Below, piece after piece: positions 42,166 through 50,569 of a DNA stretch of 64,000 nt; position 1 is the first letter of the stretch, and each line of letters begins with the position of its first letter. The notes under the pieces are model-generated. The model did no database searches and was not told the DNA's origin. It saw nothing but the letters and a program-made list of their open reading frames with translations. The position numbers and the translations under genes are program-made. This DNA comes from Minisyncoccota bacterium (lineage in GTDB: Bacteria; Patescibacteriota; Minisyncoccia; Phycocordibacterales; CAIZLB01): contig JAIPIA010000001.1 of NCBI GenBank assembly GCA_021734945.1, positions 4,465-68,464 on the forward strand, read 5' to 3'.

Positions 42166-42798
42166 TCAATTCATGATGTTGTCCCATAAGTACTTAACCC
42201 GTCGGGTGAAGCTGGATTTGTTCCAGATACTTGTGGAATTTTTTTTGCCATCTTTACCATGTTCAATGGGTTCCTCATTCCACTTTCGTGTTATTGGATT
42301 CCATATATAGTGGAGGCTGAATCGAACTCGATCAGAGAGCTCGTTACATTGCATCAAGTAAAATGCTCTGCCAGTATTTTCATAGAGGATCGCGCAGCTT
42401 TCTGCGAACTCTCCGTCAAGCCATTGGATGCGTGCGTACCCGTCTTCATCCGATGCTACCTTCGTCGATGCTATTGCGAGTACAGTCAAGGATGCATATT
42501 CACGAACAAGGTATGGAGGTAAAAACCATAGTGCAAGTTTGAGAATATACTTGTATCTGACTCGACAGATGAGCAATCGCTCGCTGTCGGCGGAAAGGTT
42601 GATGCCTTCTTCTCCAAATTTAATTGACGGATTTTTCAAGTCCGCCGATTCCGGAAAAACGCAGTGCTCACTGTTTACCAGGAGTCTTTTGAGGAACTCG
42701 TGGAGGGTGATTGCTTTAACCTTGTTGAGCAGCTTTTTCCTTTTGTCAGGCCACTTAGGTGGTCTCCAGAGTATTAGTCTGGATGATGTCTTTTTCAT
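42166..42798 (-). CDS. Hypothetical protein (ORFan)
   Basis: 210-aa ORF with ATG and C/A-rich leader. Confidence 0.55.
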   Translation of the reverse strand: MKKTSSRLILWRPPKWPDKRKKLLNKVKAITLHEFLKRLLVNSEHCVFPESADLKNPSIKFGEEGINLSADSERLLICRVRYKYILKLALWFLPPYLVREYASLTVLAIASTKVASDEDGYARIQWLDGEFAESCAILYENTGRAFYLMQCNELSDRVRFSLHYIWNPITRKWNEEPIEHGKDGKKNSTSIWNKSSFTRRVKYLWDNIMN

Positions 42799-43174
42799 GG
42801 GGAAGCGGTTGGTTGGGGAGTTTGGTTGTATTTAATTTTCAAAAATCTGGAATAGGGGATGTCGTTTGGGGTCTCCGACGGCCATATTGCTAATATGTCC
42901 CTTAGTCGCGCTGAATCGCGTGGAGGTATTAGACCATAATATAGAATGATAGTCTATGGATGATTTTTTATTAAAATTATTTAAAAACATGGAGAGTCTG
43001 CAGGGTATTGACAGGCTTGGAATAATTAGTAATATTATTTTTAGTCCATGGACGCAAAGTCTCTCACAAGAGAACCTTACCGCAAGGTGAGTGCGAGCCC
43101 ATGGAAACATGGACTCTTTTGCTGAAGTGGCAACAAACCACAAACGCTACCACAACAAACAGAGGATAAATACC

Positions 43175-43261
43175 ATGAAGAGCACCTTCCAAAAGTTCAC
43201 CGCCAAGGTTTCGGCATTCTTCGCCTGCTTCGCCGCCGAAACCAAGGTTGGCACTGCCTAG
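43175..43261 (+). CDS. Putative 28-aa peptide MKSTFQKFTAKVSAFFACFAAETKVGTA
   Basis: AGAGGA SD, CAA-rich unstructured leader, strongly C/G-ending codons. Confidence 0.5.
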   Translation: MKSTFQKFTAKVSAFFACFAAETKVGTA

Positions 43262-43449
43262 TCCTGGACGCCGTCTTCACGGCATCCAGGCGCCATAATC
43301 TAAAAGCATAAAATAGCTAGTACATGTACAAAAACGTCGCTTTCTATCCCACAAGAAACCGGTCATTGTACCTTCTCCTTGTCTCGGACTGACGACATCA
43401 AGTAAGTCATGTATGTGCGCCCCAACGAGCTCTACGAAAGTATCTCACT

Positions 43450-43490
43450 GGACCCCTCTCACGCTCTGCGCGAGGGGTCCTTTTATTTTT
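43450..43490 (+). terminator. Intrinsic terminator
   Basis: GGACCCCTC/GAGGGGTCC stem plus TTTTATTTTT. Confidence 0.8.
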
Positions 43491-43608
43491 GTATATTTTG
43501 TAATATTTCAAGATTTTCGAACACTTTAGATAAACCTCTTTATCTTTTCATTTCTCATAAACTTTACTCTCTCGCCCATATCACTCCTCTGATATATAAT
43601 GTCCTCAT

Positions 43609-44778
43609 ATGACATCTACAAATCACGCATCTAACGGCGGTGCCACACACTCATCAACAGGACAGACTTCATCACCTGCAAAACCCCACCTTTCTTTATA
43701 CAGAAAATATCGACCGCATACATTTGCTGATGTTGTTGGACAGTCCCATATTGTGGACGTACTCAAACAGTCTGTTGAAAAGGGAACTGTTGGGCATGCA
43801 TATCTTTTTTGTGGATCACGTGGAACTGGTAAGACATCTATTGCACGTATCTTTGCGCGAGCACTTGGTACGACTATAAACGACTTGTATGAAATTGATG
43901 CCGCATCAAATACAAGTGTTGATGATATTCGAGAACTTTCTGAAGCGGTACATACAGTGCCACTTGAATCAAAATACAAAGTATACATTTTGGACGAAGT
44001 CCACATGCTTTCAAAAGCGGCGTTTAACGCATTTCTCAAAACACTTGAAGAACCACCAAAGCATGTCATCTTTATTCTCGCTACAACTGAAACAGAAAAA
44101 CTTCCAGATACAATAGTGTCACGATGTGAGGTGTACAATTTCAAAAAACCAACAGCTGAAATGTTGAAGAGTCATGTACTTGATATTGCACAAAAAGAGG
44201 GAGCTGAAATTGAAACATCTGCAGCAGAACTTGTTGCATTACTTGGTGATGGATCTTTCCGAGACACACTCAGTACATTACAAAAAGTGTTGAGCTATAC
44301 AGGTACAGATAGTAATGCTACACATGGTTCAACTGATGGTGCCAGTGGTACGAAAAAAAGTGCAACAATAACTCTCGAACAAGTTGAACAAATTACAGGT
44401 GCACCAAAAGCAGTTGTGGTTTCTGATTTTGTAAAAGGTCTTGTACTCAAAGATGCCAGTCTTGCATTAACTGCGCTCGGTACAGCCGGACGAGAAAATC
44501 TCGATATGAAAGTATTTGCAAAGCTTGCTATGACGAGACTACGATACATGCTCATGCGAACAATTGCAGAAAAAGAGGCGAGCGTGCTTGCAAGTGATTT
44601 GTCTGCTGGTGATGTAGTTATGTTTAATGATTTGGCGAAACAGGTAACAGGTCAGCAGATTGCAGGAGTGCTCAAACGAATGCTTGAGGTATATCACTCA
44701 ATAGGTAAAACATATGTACAGAGTTTGCCACTTGAGCTTGTGGTTGGGGAGGTTGTAGGTTCAGCTGTGGGGAAGTAG
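43609..44778 (+). CDS. dnaX: DNA polymerase III gamma/tau (short form)
   Basis: LYRKYRP, GSRGTGKT, EIDAASN, DEVHML, LKTLEEPP and SRC motifs. Confidence 0.96.
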   Translation: MTSTNHASNGGATHSSTGQTSSPAKPHLSLYRKYRPHTFADVVGQSHIVDVLKQSVEKGTVGHAYLFCGSRGTGKTSIARIFARALGTTINDLYEIDAASNTSVDDIRELSEAVHTVPLESKYKVYILDEVHMLSKAAFNAFLKTLEEPPKHVIFILATTETEKLPDTIVSRCEVYNFKKPTAEMLKSHVLDIAQKEGAEIETSAAELVALLGDGSFRDTLSTLQKVLSYTGTDSNATHGSTDGASGTKKSATITLEQVEQITGAPKAVVVSDFVKGLVLKDASLALTALGTAGRENLDMKVFAKLAMTRLRYMLMRTIAEKEASVLASDLSAGDVVMFNDLAKQVTGQQIAGVLKRMLEVYHSIGKTYVQSLPLELVVGEVVGSAVGK

Positions 44779-44910
44779 ATTGTCGGTCGCGAGGTCTAGT
44801 CTTTGTAGCCTTAAAGCAGTTTTTGAAAATTGATTTACCCCTATAAAAATGGTAATCTAATCGCACGTTTATATAGGCAAATGTAGCAAATGGCTACAGT
44901 AAACAAATAT

Positions 44911-44981
44911 TGGGAGATCGTCTAATGGTAGGACAACAGATTTTGGTTCTGTTTATCTAGGTTCGAGTCCTAGTCTCCCAG
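44911..44981 (+). tRNA. tRNA-Gln(TTG)
   Basis: Acceptor TGGGAGA/TCTCCCA, anticodon arm ACAGA-TTTTGGT-TCTGT, T-arm CTAGG-TTCGAGT-CCTAG. Confidence 0.97.
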
Positions 44982-45120
44982 CAATCATGTGAGCCCGACC
45001 GAGACGGCTAAAATCGCCGTTTAGGTCAGTAAGTTTTGAAGACCAGTCATGGTCTCGAACTTTCACAAATCACACGATACTATTCCGTCCATTGCATACA
45101 CAGCTCCGTGCAGTATCCAG

Positions 45121-45158
45121 AACAAAAAATCACCTTACTAAAAAGGTGATTTTTTGTT
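45121..45158 (+). terminator. Intrinsic terminator downstream of tRNA-Gln trailer
   Basis: AACAAAAAATCACCTT-actaaa-AAGGTGATTTTTTGTT. Confidence 0.8.
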
Positions 45159-45179
45159 AAAATGAAATCCTACCCTCTT

Positions 45180-45578
45180 ATGTCCATAAAGATTCCTAAA
45201 ATAATAATTTTCAGTGTCATCACGTTTACTCTCTACGTGATTCTTTTTGGATTTTCTCAGTTCGGAATGGGTGCAAATGGACAAGCTGTAAACTGTCCAT
45301 TTTCTGGTCATTCAATGTCTATTTGCAATATGAATATCACTGAGCATATTCAAGAATGGCAGGCAATGTTCACCACACTGCCATCAAAGGATGCCATCGC
45401 TATTCTTTTTGCACTATTCCTTTTTGTTGCTTTGCAAAAATTGACTCCATGGAAGACCTTCTCATTTCCTGAAATAAAAAAGGTACACACCTACTTTTTA
45501 CCTAAAGACCGTTTTCACATATTTGACCCGCTTAAAGATGCTTTTTCAAGAGGTATTCTAAATCCCAAACTTTTTTAA
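45180..45578 (+). CDS. Hypothetical membrane protein with Cys/His/Met motif
   Basis: Two TM; CPFSGHSMSIC; ends GILNPKLF. Confidence 0.7.
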   Translation: MSIKIPKIIIFSVITFTLYVILFGFSQFGMGANGQAVNCPFSGHSMSICNMNITEHIQEWQAMFTTLPSKDAIAILFALFLFVALQKLTPWKTFSFPEIKKVHTYFLPKDRFHIFDPLKDAFSRGILNPKLF

Positions 45579-45652
45579 GTTTTTATTTTGTTGAAAACAC
45601 GCCTGTTGCGTGTTTGGTTTGTCATTATTAAGTCTAATTTTTAACATCACGC

Positions 45653-46024
45653 ATGAACAAAAATATTATAATAGTTGGTCTCGTCGCACTGATACTTGGT
45701 ACAGGTATTGGATACATGATTAACTCTGTCAAACACGGCTCGCATGATAAGAGTAGTTATCATGACACCAAAGCTCCTGCAACTATGGAACACACGATGT
45801 CTGGGATGACAGCAAGCCTTAATGGAAAAACAGGTGAAGCTCTTGAAATAGCTTTTCTTGAGGGAATGATTACACATCATGAAGGTGCTGTTGCTATGGC
45901 AAAGGAGCTTAAGGCTGGCACAAAGCGTCCAGAACTTCAGAAAATGGCAGACGACATTATCAATGCTCAAACTTCAGAGATAACTACGATGAAGGGATGG
46001 CTTAATCAATGGTTTGGAAGATAA
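45653..46024 (+). CDS. DUF305 (CopM-like) metal-binding protein
   Basis: FLEGMITHHEGAVAMA..IINAQTSEI..M..W. Confidence 0.88.
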   Translation: MNKNIIIVGLVALILGTGIGYMINSVKHGSHDKSSYHDTKAPATMEHTMSGMTASLNGKTGEALEIAFLEGMITHHEGAVAMAKELKAGTKRPELQKMADDIINAQTSEITTMKGWLNQWFGR

Positions 46025-46029
46025 ATATT

Positions 46030-46752
46030 ATGGAAGAAAAAACACAAACAACTCAAAAAAATAATCTTGCAATGCCGATTGCTGTAGTGATTGCCGGAGC
46101 ACTCATCGCTGGTGCGGTTCTCTATGGTGGAGGCAAAACACCTACTGCTGGTCAGCCACAACAACAGGTAGCACAAAAGCAAACAGGTGATCTTGAAAAG
46201 ATGACGCCAGTTTCATCTAAAGACCACATCCGAGGTGACATAAATGCTCCTGTGAAAGTTGTTGAATATTCTGATACTGAATGTCCGTTCTGTAAGAGAT
46301 TCCAAACAAGCATGAATGAGGTAATGGATACGTATGGTAAAGAAGGGAAAGTAGCTTGGGTGTATCGACATTTTCCAATTGACCAGCTTCACTCAAAAGC
46401 ACGAAAAGAAGCTGTTGCTATGGAGTGTGCCAATGAATTAGGAGGAAATGACAAGTTCTGGGAGTATGCAGACCGTTTGTATGAAGTGACTCCTGCAAAC
46501 AACGGACTGGATTTAGCTGAACTTCCAAAGATTGCGGAATATGTCGGATTAGATAAGGCAAAATTTAGCACTTGTCTTGCAAGCACGAGATATGACAAAC
46601 ACATCCAAGATGAAGTAGAGAACGCACAGGCAACAGGTGGCAATGGAACGCCGTGGAGTATCGTGGTCGGAAAGGATGGTAAGAAATATCCTCTCTCTGG
46701 TGCACAGCCGATATCTGCTATTAAGCAACTTATTGACCTCGCATCTAAATAG
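46030..46752 (+). CDS. DsbA-like thioredoxin protein
   Basis: EYSDTECPFC, YRHFP, GTP and GAQP motifs. Confidence 0.9.
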   Translation: MEEKTQTTQKNNLAMPIAVVIAGALIAGAVLYGGGKTPTAGQPQQQVAQKQTGDLEKMTPVSSKDHIRGDINAPVKVVEYSDTECPFCKRFQTSMNEVMDTYGKEGKVAWVYRHFPIDQLHSKARKEAVAMECANELGGNDKFWEYADRLYEVTPANNGLDLAELPKIAEYVGLDKAKFSTCLASTRYDKHIQDEVENAQATGGNGTPWSIVVGKDGKKYPLSGAQPISAIKQLIDLASK

Positions 46753-46754
46753 CC

Positions 46755-47300
46755 ATGATTCTCAATGCTTTACAAACAGTATTTCGGAAACCTGCCTACG
46801 GGATTCTTGCACTTTTCGTAAGTGCGTCGGCGTTTGTTCTTGCCGTATGGCTCTCAAACATCCGACTGGTTGCGGGCGTAGTCATTTCACCCGATGTTCC
46901 TTTGTTAAGTAAGATTGAATTACCACTGAGTCTCTTGGGTTCGATTGGAACTAATTTCACATTGTTGTCCGCCTCTTACACGGTCTTAATCTCGATTCTT
47001 TTTGGAATATATATCGCAATGATGACATATTTCCTTAAACGTCGAATCAAGGATGTTGCTCAAGGAGGAATCGCTACGGGATTCTTGGGTGTAGTAAGCG
47101 GAGTCTTGGGTGTTGGATGCGCCGCTTGCGGTTCGTTTCTCCTCACAAGCCTTACGCTGTTCGGTGCAGGAGGAGTGCTGACATTCCTACCGCTCGGTGG
47201 AAGTGAATTTGGAATCATTGGAGTAATCTTGCTTGGTCTTGCCGTCTATATGACTGCAAAGAAAATTCAAGACCCTCAGGTATGTAACATTCAGAATTAA
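46755..47300 (+). CDS. Membrane protein with GCAACG motif
   Basis: 4 TM helices and CxxC. Confidence 0.75.
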   Translation: MILNALQTVFRKPAYGILALFVSASAFVLAVWLSNIRLVAGVVISPDVPLLSKIELPLSLLGSIGTNFTLLSASYTVLISILFGIYIAMMTYFLKRRIKDVAQGGIATGFLGVVSGVLGVGCAACGSFLLTSLTLFGAGGVLTFLPLGGSEFGIIGVILLGLAVYMTAKKIQDPQVCNIQN

Positions 47301-47305
47301 AAGTT

Positions 47306-47749
47306 ATGAAAAAATTAATTAACAAAATATCTGTCGAAACGATTCACTACGCAATCCTGCTTCAGGCGGGTATTGCAATGGCTGGAAGCCTATTCTTCAG
47401 CGAGGTAATGGCTTTACCGCCGTGCGTGCTGTGCTGGTATCAGCGTATCGCCATGTATCCGATAGTGATACTGACAACCATCGGAATTATCCGAAACGAT
47501 AGAAAGACATACATCTCAGTCCTCGCACTCGCTATTCCTGGTCTTCTAATATCGATCTATCATAATCTCCTATATTGGAAAATACTTCCAGAAAGTGTTG
47601 CTCCGTGTACGCTTGGAATATCTTGCACAACGAAGTTCTTTGAGTGGTTTGGATTTATAACCATTCCATTTATGGCACTTATGGCGTTCACTATTATTAC
47701 GATACTTGGACTTATTAGCTTAAAGAAAAATACATATGAAAAATCTTAA
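47306..47749 (+). CDS. dsbB: Disulfide bond formation protein B (BdbC-like)
   Basis: PCVLCWYQR, C..SC and ITIP motifs. Confidence 0.92.
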   Translation: MKKLINKISVETIHYAILLQAGIAMAGSLFFSEVMALPPCVLCWYQRIAMYPIVILTTIGIIRNDRKTYISVLALAIPGLLISIYHNLLYWKILPESVAPCTLGISCTTKFFEWFGFITIPFMALMAFTIITILGLISLKKNTYEKS

Positions 47750-48389
47750 AATTATTATCGGTATATTCGCACTTATCGTCGTTGTCTTTCTGATTGCAAA
47801 AGGAGGCTACAAAAAGTCTGAAGACACGGCGGAACGAGCAAACATCACTCAGTCTTCCGCACTTGAAATCAGAGCAAATGACTGGGTGTTGGGAACGAGT
47901 ACTGCAAAGGTCACCATCGTCGAGTATCTAGACTTCGAGTGTGAAGCTTGTGGTGCGTATTACCCAATTATTACAAAGATCAAAGAGGAGTACAAGGACG
48001 ATGTGCGACTTGTCATCCGATACTTCCCATTGCCAGGACACAAAAATTCTAGAACTGCGGCGCACGCAGTCGAATCAGCTGGAAAGCAAGGAAAGTTCTT
48101 CGAAATGTACAACATCCTATTTGCCAAGCAGTCTGAGTGGGGCGAACAGCAAATGGCAAATCAAGACCAGTTTGAGAAATATGCTCTGGAAGCTGGTGTG
48201 AATATTGAACAGTGGAAAAAGGATGTGACGAGTGATGAGGTGAAGAATCGAGTTGAAGAGAGCTACAAAGAAGCAGTGAGTCTCAATCTACAAGGGACAC
48301 CCTCATTCTTTCTCAATGGAAAGAGAATTCAAAATCCACAAGGGTATGAAGCCTTCAAGAAATTAATCGAAGATGCACTTAAAAATTAA
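47736..48389 (+). CDS. DsbA-like thioredoxin protein
   Basis: EYLDFECEAC, RYFPL and GTPSFFLNG motifs. Confidence 0.9.
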   Translation: MKNLKIIIGIFALIVVVFLIAKGGYKKSEDTAERANITQSSALEIRANDWVLGTSTAKVTIVEYLDFECEACGAYYPIITKIKEEYKDDVRLVIRYFPLPGHKNSRTAAHAVESAGKQGKFFEMYNILFAKQSEWGEQQMANQDQFEKYALEAGVNIEQWKKDVTSDEVKNRVEESYKEAVSLNLQGTPSFFLNGKRIQNPQGYEAFKKLIEDALKN

Positions 48390-48413
48390 TTACTAAATAA
48401 AATACATAAAACC

Positions 48414-48602
48414 ATGAATATCAAAGCGTCAATACAGGCACTAAAAGACCATGCCAAAGAAGAGGTCAGAATCCATAGAGAAATTATCAAGGAAACCAAA
48501 GGAGATGGAAAGCATTTGGTCAAAAAGCATCTTGCTGACACCGTAGAAATTCACAAGAAATTTTGGAAGGAGCTAAAGGAATCCCTTAAAAGTAAAAAAT
48601 AA
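48414..48602 (+). CDS. Small His/Lys-rich protein
   Basis: 62 aa; stop 1 nt before the ATPase start. Confidence 0.65.
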   Translation: MNIKASIQALKDHAKEEVRIHREIIKETKGDGKHLVKKHLADTVEIHKKFWKELKESLKSKK

Positions 48603-48603
48603 T

Positions 48604-50511
48604 ATGTCCAAAGCTTGCTGTGGAGATACAGAAAAAATCGTCGAAGAAAAAAAGATAAACTGGCGTACCATTGCTACGGTTATTTCTGGTATCGGTACTG
48701 TTCTGGGTTTTCTCCTCTCGTATGCTGGGGTATCTGAAAACATAACCAGTGTTCTTTTTCTTATCTCGATAGTCGTCGGAGGTGTCTTTGTCGTACAGGG
48801 TGCATTTGAAGGACTTACCAAGAAGAAGTTTTTGAACATTGAGTTTCTTGTGGTCATTGCTTCTATTGGAGCCCTGTACCTCGGAGAGCTTGGAGAGGCA
48901 TCTGCTGTTATTTTCTTCTTTTCGCTTGCCGAAGCTTTTGAAAGCTTTGGTGTGAAGCGTTCAAGAAAGGCTCTTGAAGAACTGGTGAAGAATAATCCAA
49001 AGCAAGCAACACTCAAAGATGGCAGAGTTCTCGATATTGATTCCGTGCAGTTGAATGCAATCGTTGTCATGAAGCCAGGTGATCTCATTCCCCTCGATGG
49101 GACAATCATTCTTGGCACGAGTGCTATAAACGAAGCTTCAATCACGGGAGAATCGCTTCCAAAGGATAAAATCGTTGGCGATGCTGTCTATGCTGGAACT
49201 ATAAACGTAAACGGCTATCTTGAAATAAGGGTTACAAAAATAAGTAAGGATTCTACTATCTCAAAGATTGTTGAACTAGTATCGAGTGCTCAAGAATCAA
49301 AGACGCAGTCTGAGGAGTTTGTAGACAGTTTTGCTAAGTACTACACACCAGCAGTCGCTCTTGTAGCCCTCCTCATAGTCGCCATACCCGTACTTTTCTT
49401 TGATGGCAGTTTCTTGATTTGGCTTGAGCGAGCTATCACACTTCTCGTTGTCGCTTGTCCTTGTGCACTTGTAATTGCGACGCCTGTCACAGTAACCTCA
49501 GCTCTCGGCGGTGCATCAAAGAAAGGAATACTTATAAAAGGTGGAAAGTTCTTGGAACTTTTAGGAAAAGTAAATGTGATTGCGTTCGACAAAACAGGTA
49601 CGCTCACTATCGGCAAACCTGTTGTTACTGATGTCATTGTCTTCAATGGCTTTACTGAGCAGGAATTACTCGAAGATGTTGCTGGTATGGAGTCATTCTC
49701 CACACATCCACTCGCAGAAGCCATCATTGATTATGCAAAGAAAAAAGGAATCACTCCCCATCAAATGGAATCGTACCAGAACATTCCTGGCAAAGGAGGA
49801 AAAGCAATCTGTAAAATCTGTGACGACCTTGAACATTGTGTTGGCAACCTTAAGATGATGGATGCTCACAATGTATCTGTCGATGAGATAACCAAAGACA
49901 CTGAGAAGTTTGAAAAAGAGGGTAAGACGGTTGTCTTGGTGAGTGAAAAAGACAAGGTGATGGGAATGCTCGCAATATCAGATATTGTTCGAGAAGCTTC
50001 AGCTAACACTATACATACTCTTTCTTTAAACAACGTTTCGTCTGCAATGCTAACTGGTGACAATGTCCACAGTGCAAAATATATTTCTGAAGAACTCGGC
50101 ATACAGAATGTTTTTGCTGGACTTCTGCCTGAAGAAAAAGTGGAAAAGATAAGAGAGCTTAAAGAAAAGTACGGAGTTGTCGCAATGGTGGGTGACGGAG
50201 TAAATGACGCACCCGCTCTCGCACTCTCTGACGTGGGCATCGCTATGGGTGGCAAGGGAACGGACATTGCCCTCGAAACTGCTGATATGGTTTTGATGAA
50301 TGACCGTATTGAACTCATACCTGATATCGTGAAGCTCGGAAAACGAACACTCGGAACCATAAAAGTTAATGTCGCTCTGGCAGTCGGTTCAAAACTTGTC
50401 TTCGTTGGATTGGCTATCTTTGGAATGGCGAACCTTGGGGTGGCAATTGCTACAGATACGGGGGTCGCGATACTGGTGATATTGAATGGACTTAGGCTAT
50501 TTAAGTCTTAA
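48604..50511 (+). CDS. cadA: Heavy-metal P1B-type ATPase (Zn/Cd, CadA/ZntA-like)
   Basis: TGES, CPC, DKTGTLT, HP and GDGVNDAP motifs; N-terminal CC. Confidence 0.9.
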   Translation: MSKACCGDTEKIVEEKKINWRTIATVISGIGTVLGFLLSYAGVSENITSVLFLISIVVGGVFVVQGAFEGLTKKKFLNIEFLVVIASIGALYLGELGEASAVIFFFSLAEAFESFGVKRSRKALEELVKNNPKQATLKDGRVLDIDSVQLNAIVVMKPGDLIPLDGTIILGTSAINEASITGESLPKDKIVGDAVYAGTINVNGYLEIRVTKISKDSTISKIVELVSSAQESKTQSEEFVDSFAKYYTPAVALVALLIVAIPVLFFDGSFLIWLERAITLLVVACPCALVIATPVTVTSALGGASKKGILIKGGKFLELLGKVNVIAFDKTGTLTIGKPVVTDVIVFNGFTEQELLEDVAGMESFSTHPLAEAIIDYAKKKGITPHQMESYQNIPGKGGKAICKICDDLEHCVGNLKMMDAHNVSVDEITKDTEKFEKEGKTVVLVSEKDKVMGMLAISDIVREASANTIHTLSLNNVSSAMLTGDNVHSAKYISEELGIQNVFAGLLPEEKVEKIRELKEKYGVVAMVGDGVNDAPALALSDVGIAMGGKGTDIALETADMVLMNDRIELIPDIVKLGKRTLGTIKVNVALAVGSKLVFVGLAIFGMANLGVAIATDTGVAILVILNGLRLFKS

Positions 50512-50569
50512 AAATATAGACATTTTATCTCTGGAAATGATGCTGTTTTTGGGTTAAAATGGATAGCCT

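Larger units (their letters stand above)
43043..43490 (+). ncRNA. Candidate ~450-nt structured RNA containing a 28-codon ORF
   Basis: TTGACA (43008)-16 bp-TAATAT promoter; several GNRA hairpins; terminator GGACCCCTC..GAGGGGTCC-TTTT. Confidence 0.5.

Noticed and set aside
43043-43490. tmRNA, SRP RNA, RNase P RNA or c-di-GMP-I riboswitch upstream of dnaX
   Set aside because: No GGGG../..CCACCA tRNA-like ends and the ORF has its own SD and ATG; no SRP CAGG-GNRA-AGCAG motif; no GAGGAAAGTCC; only a partial GGACGCAAAG match
43409-43612. 67-aa ORF upstream of dnaX
   Set aside because: Runs through a strong terminator and the likely dnaX promoter; no SD or motif
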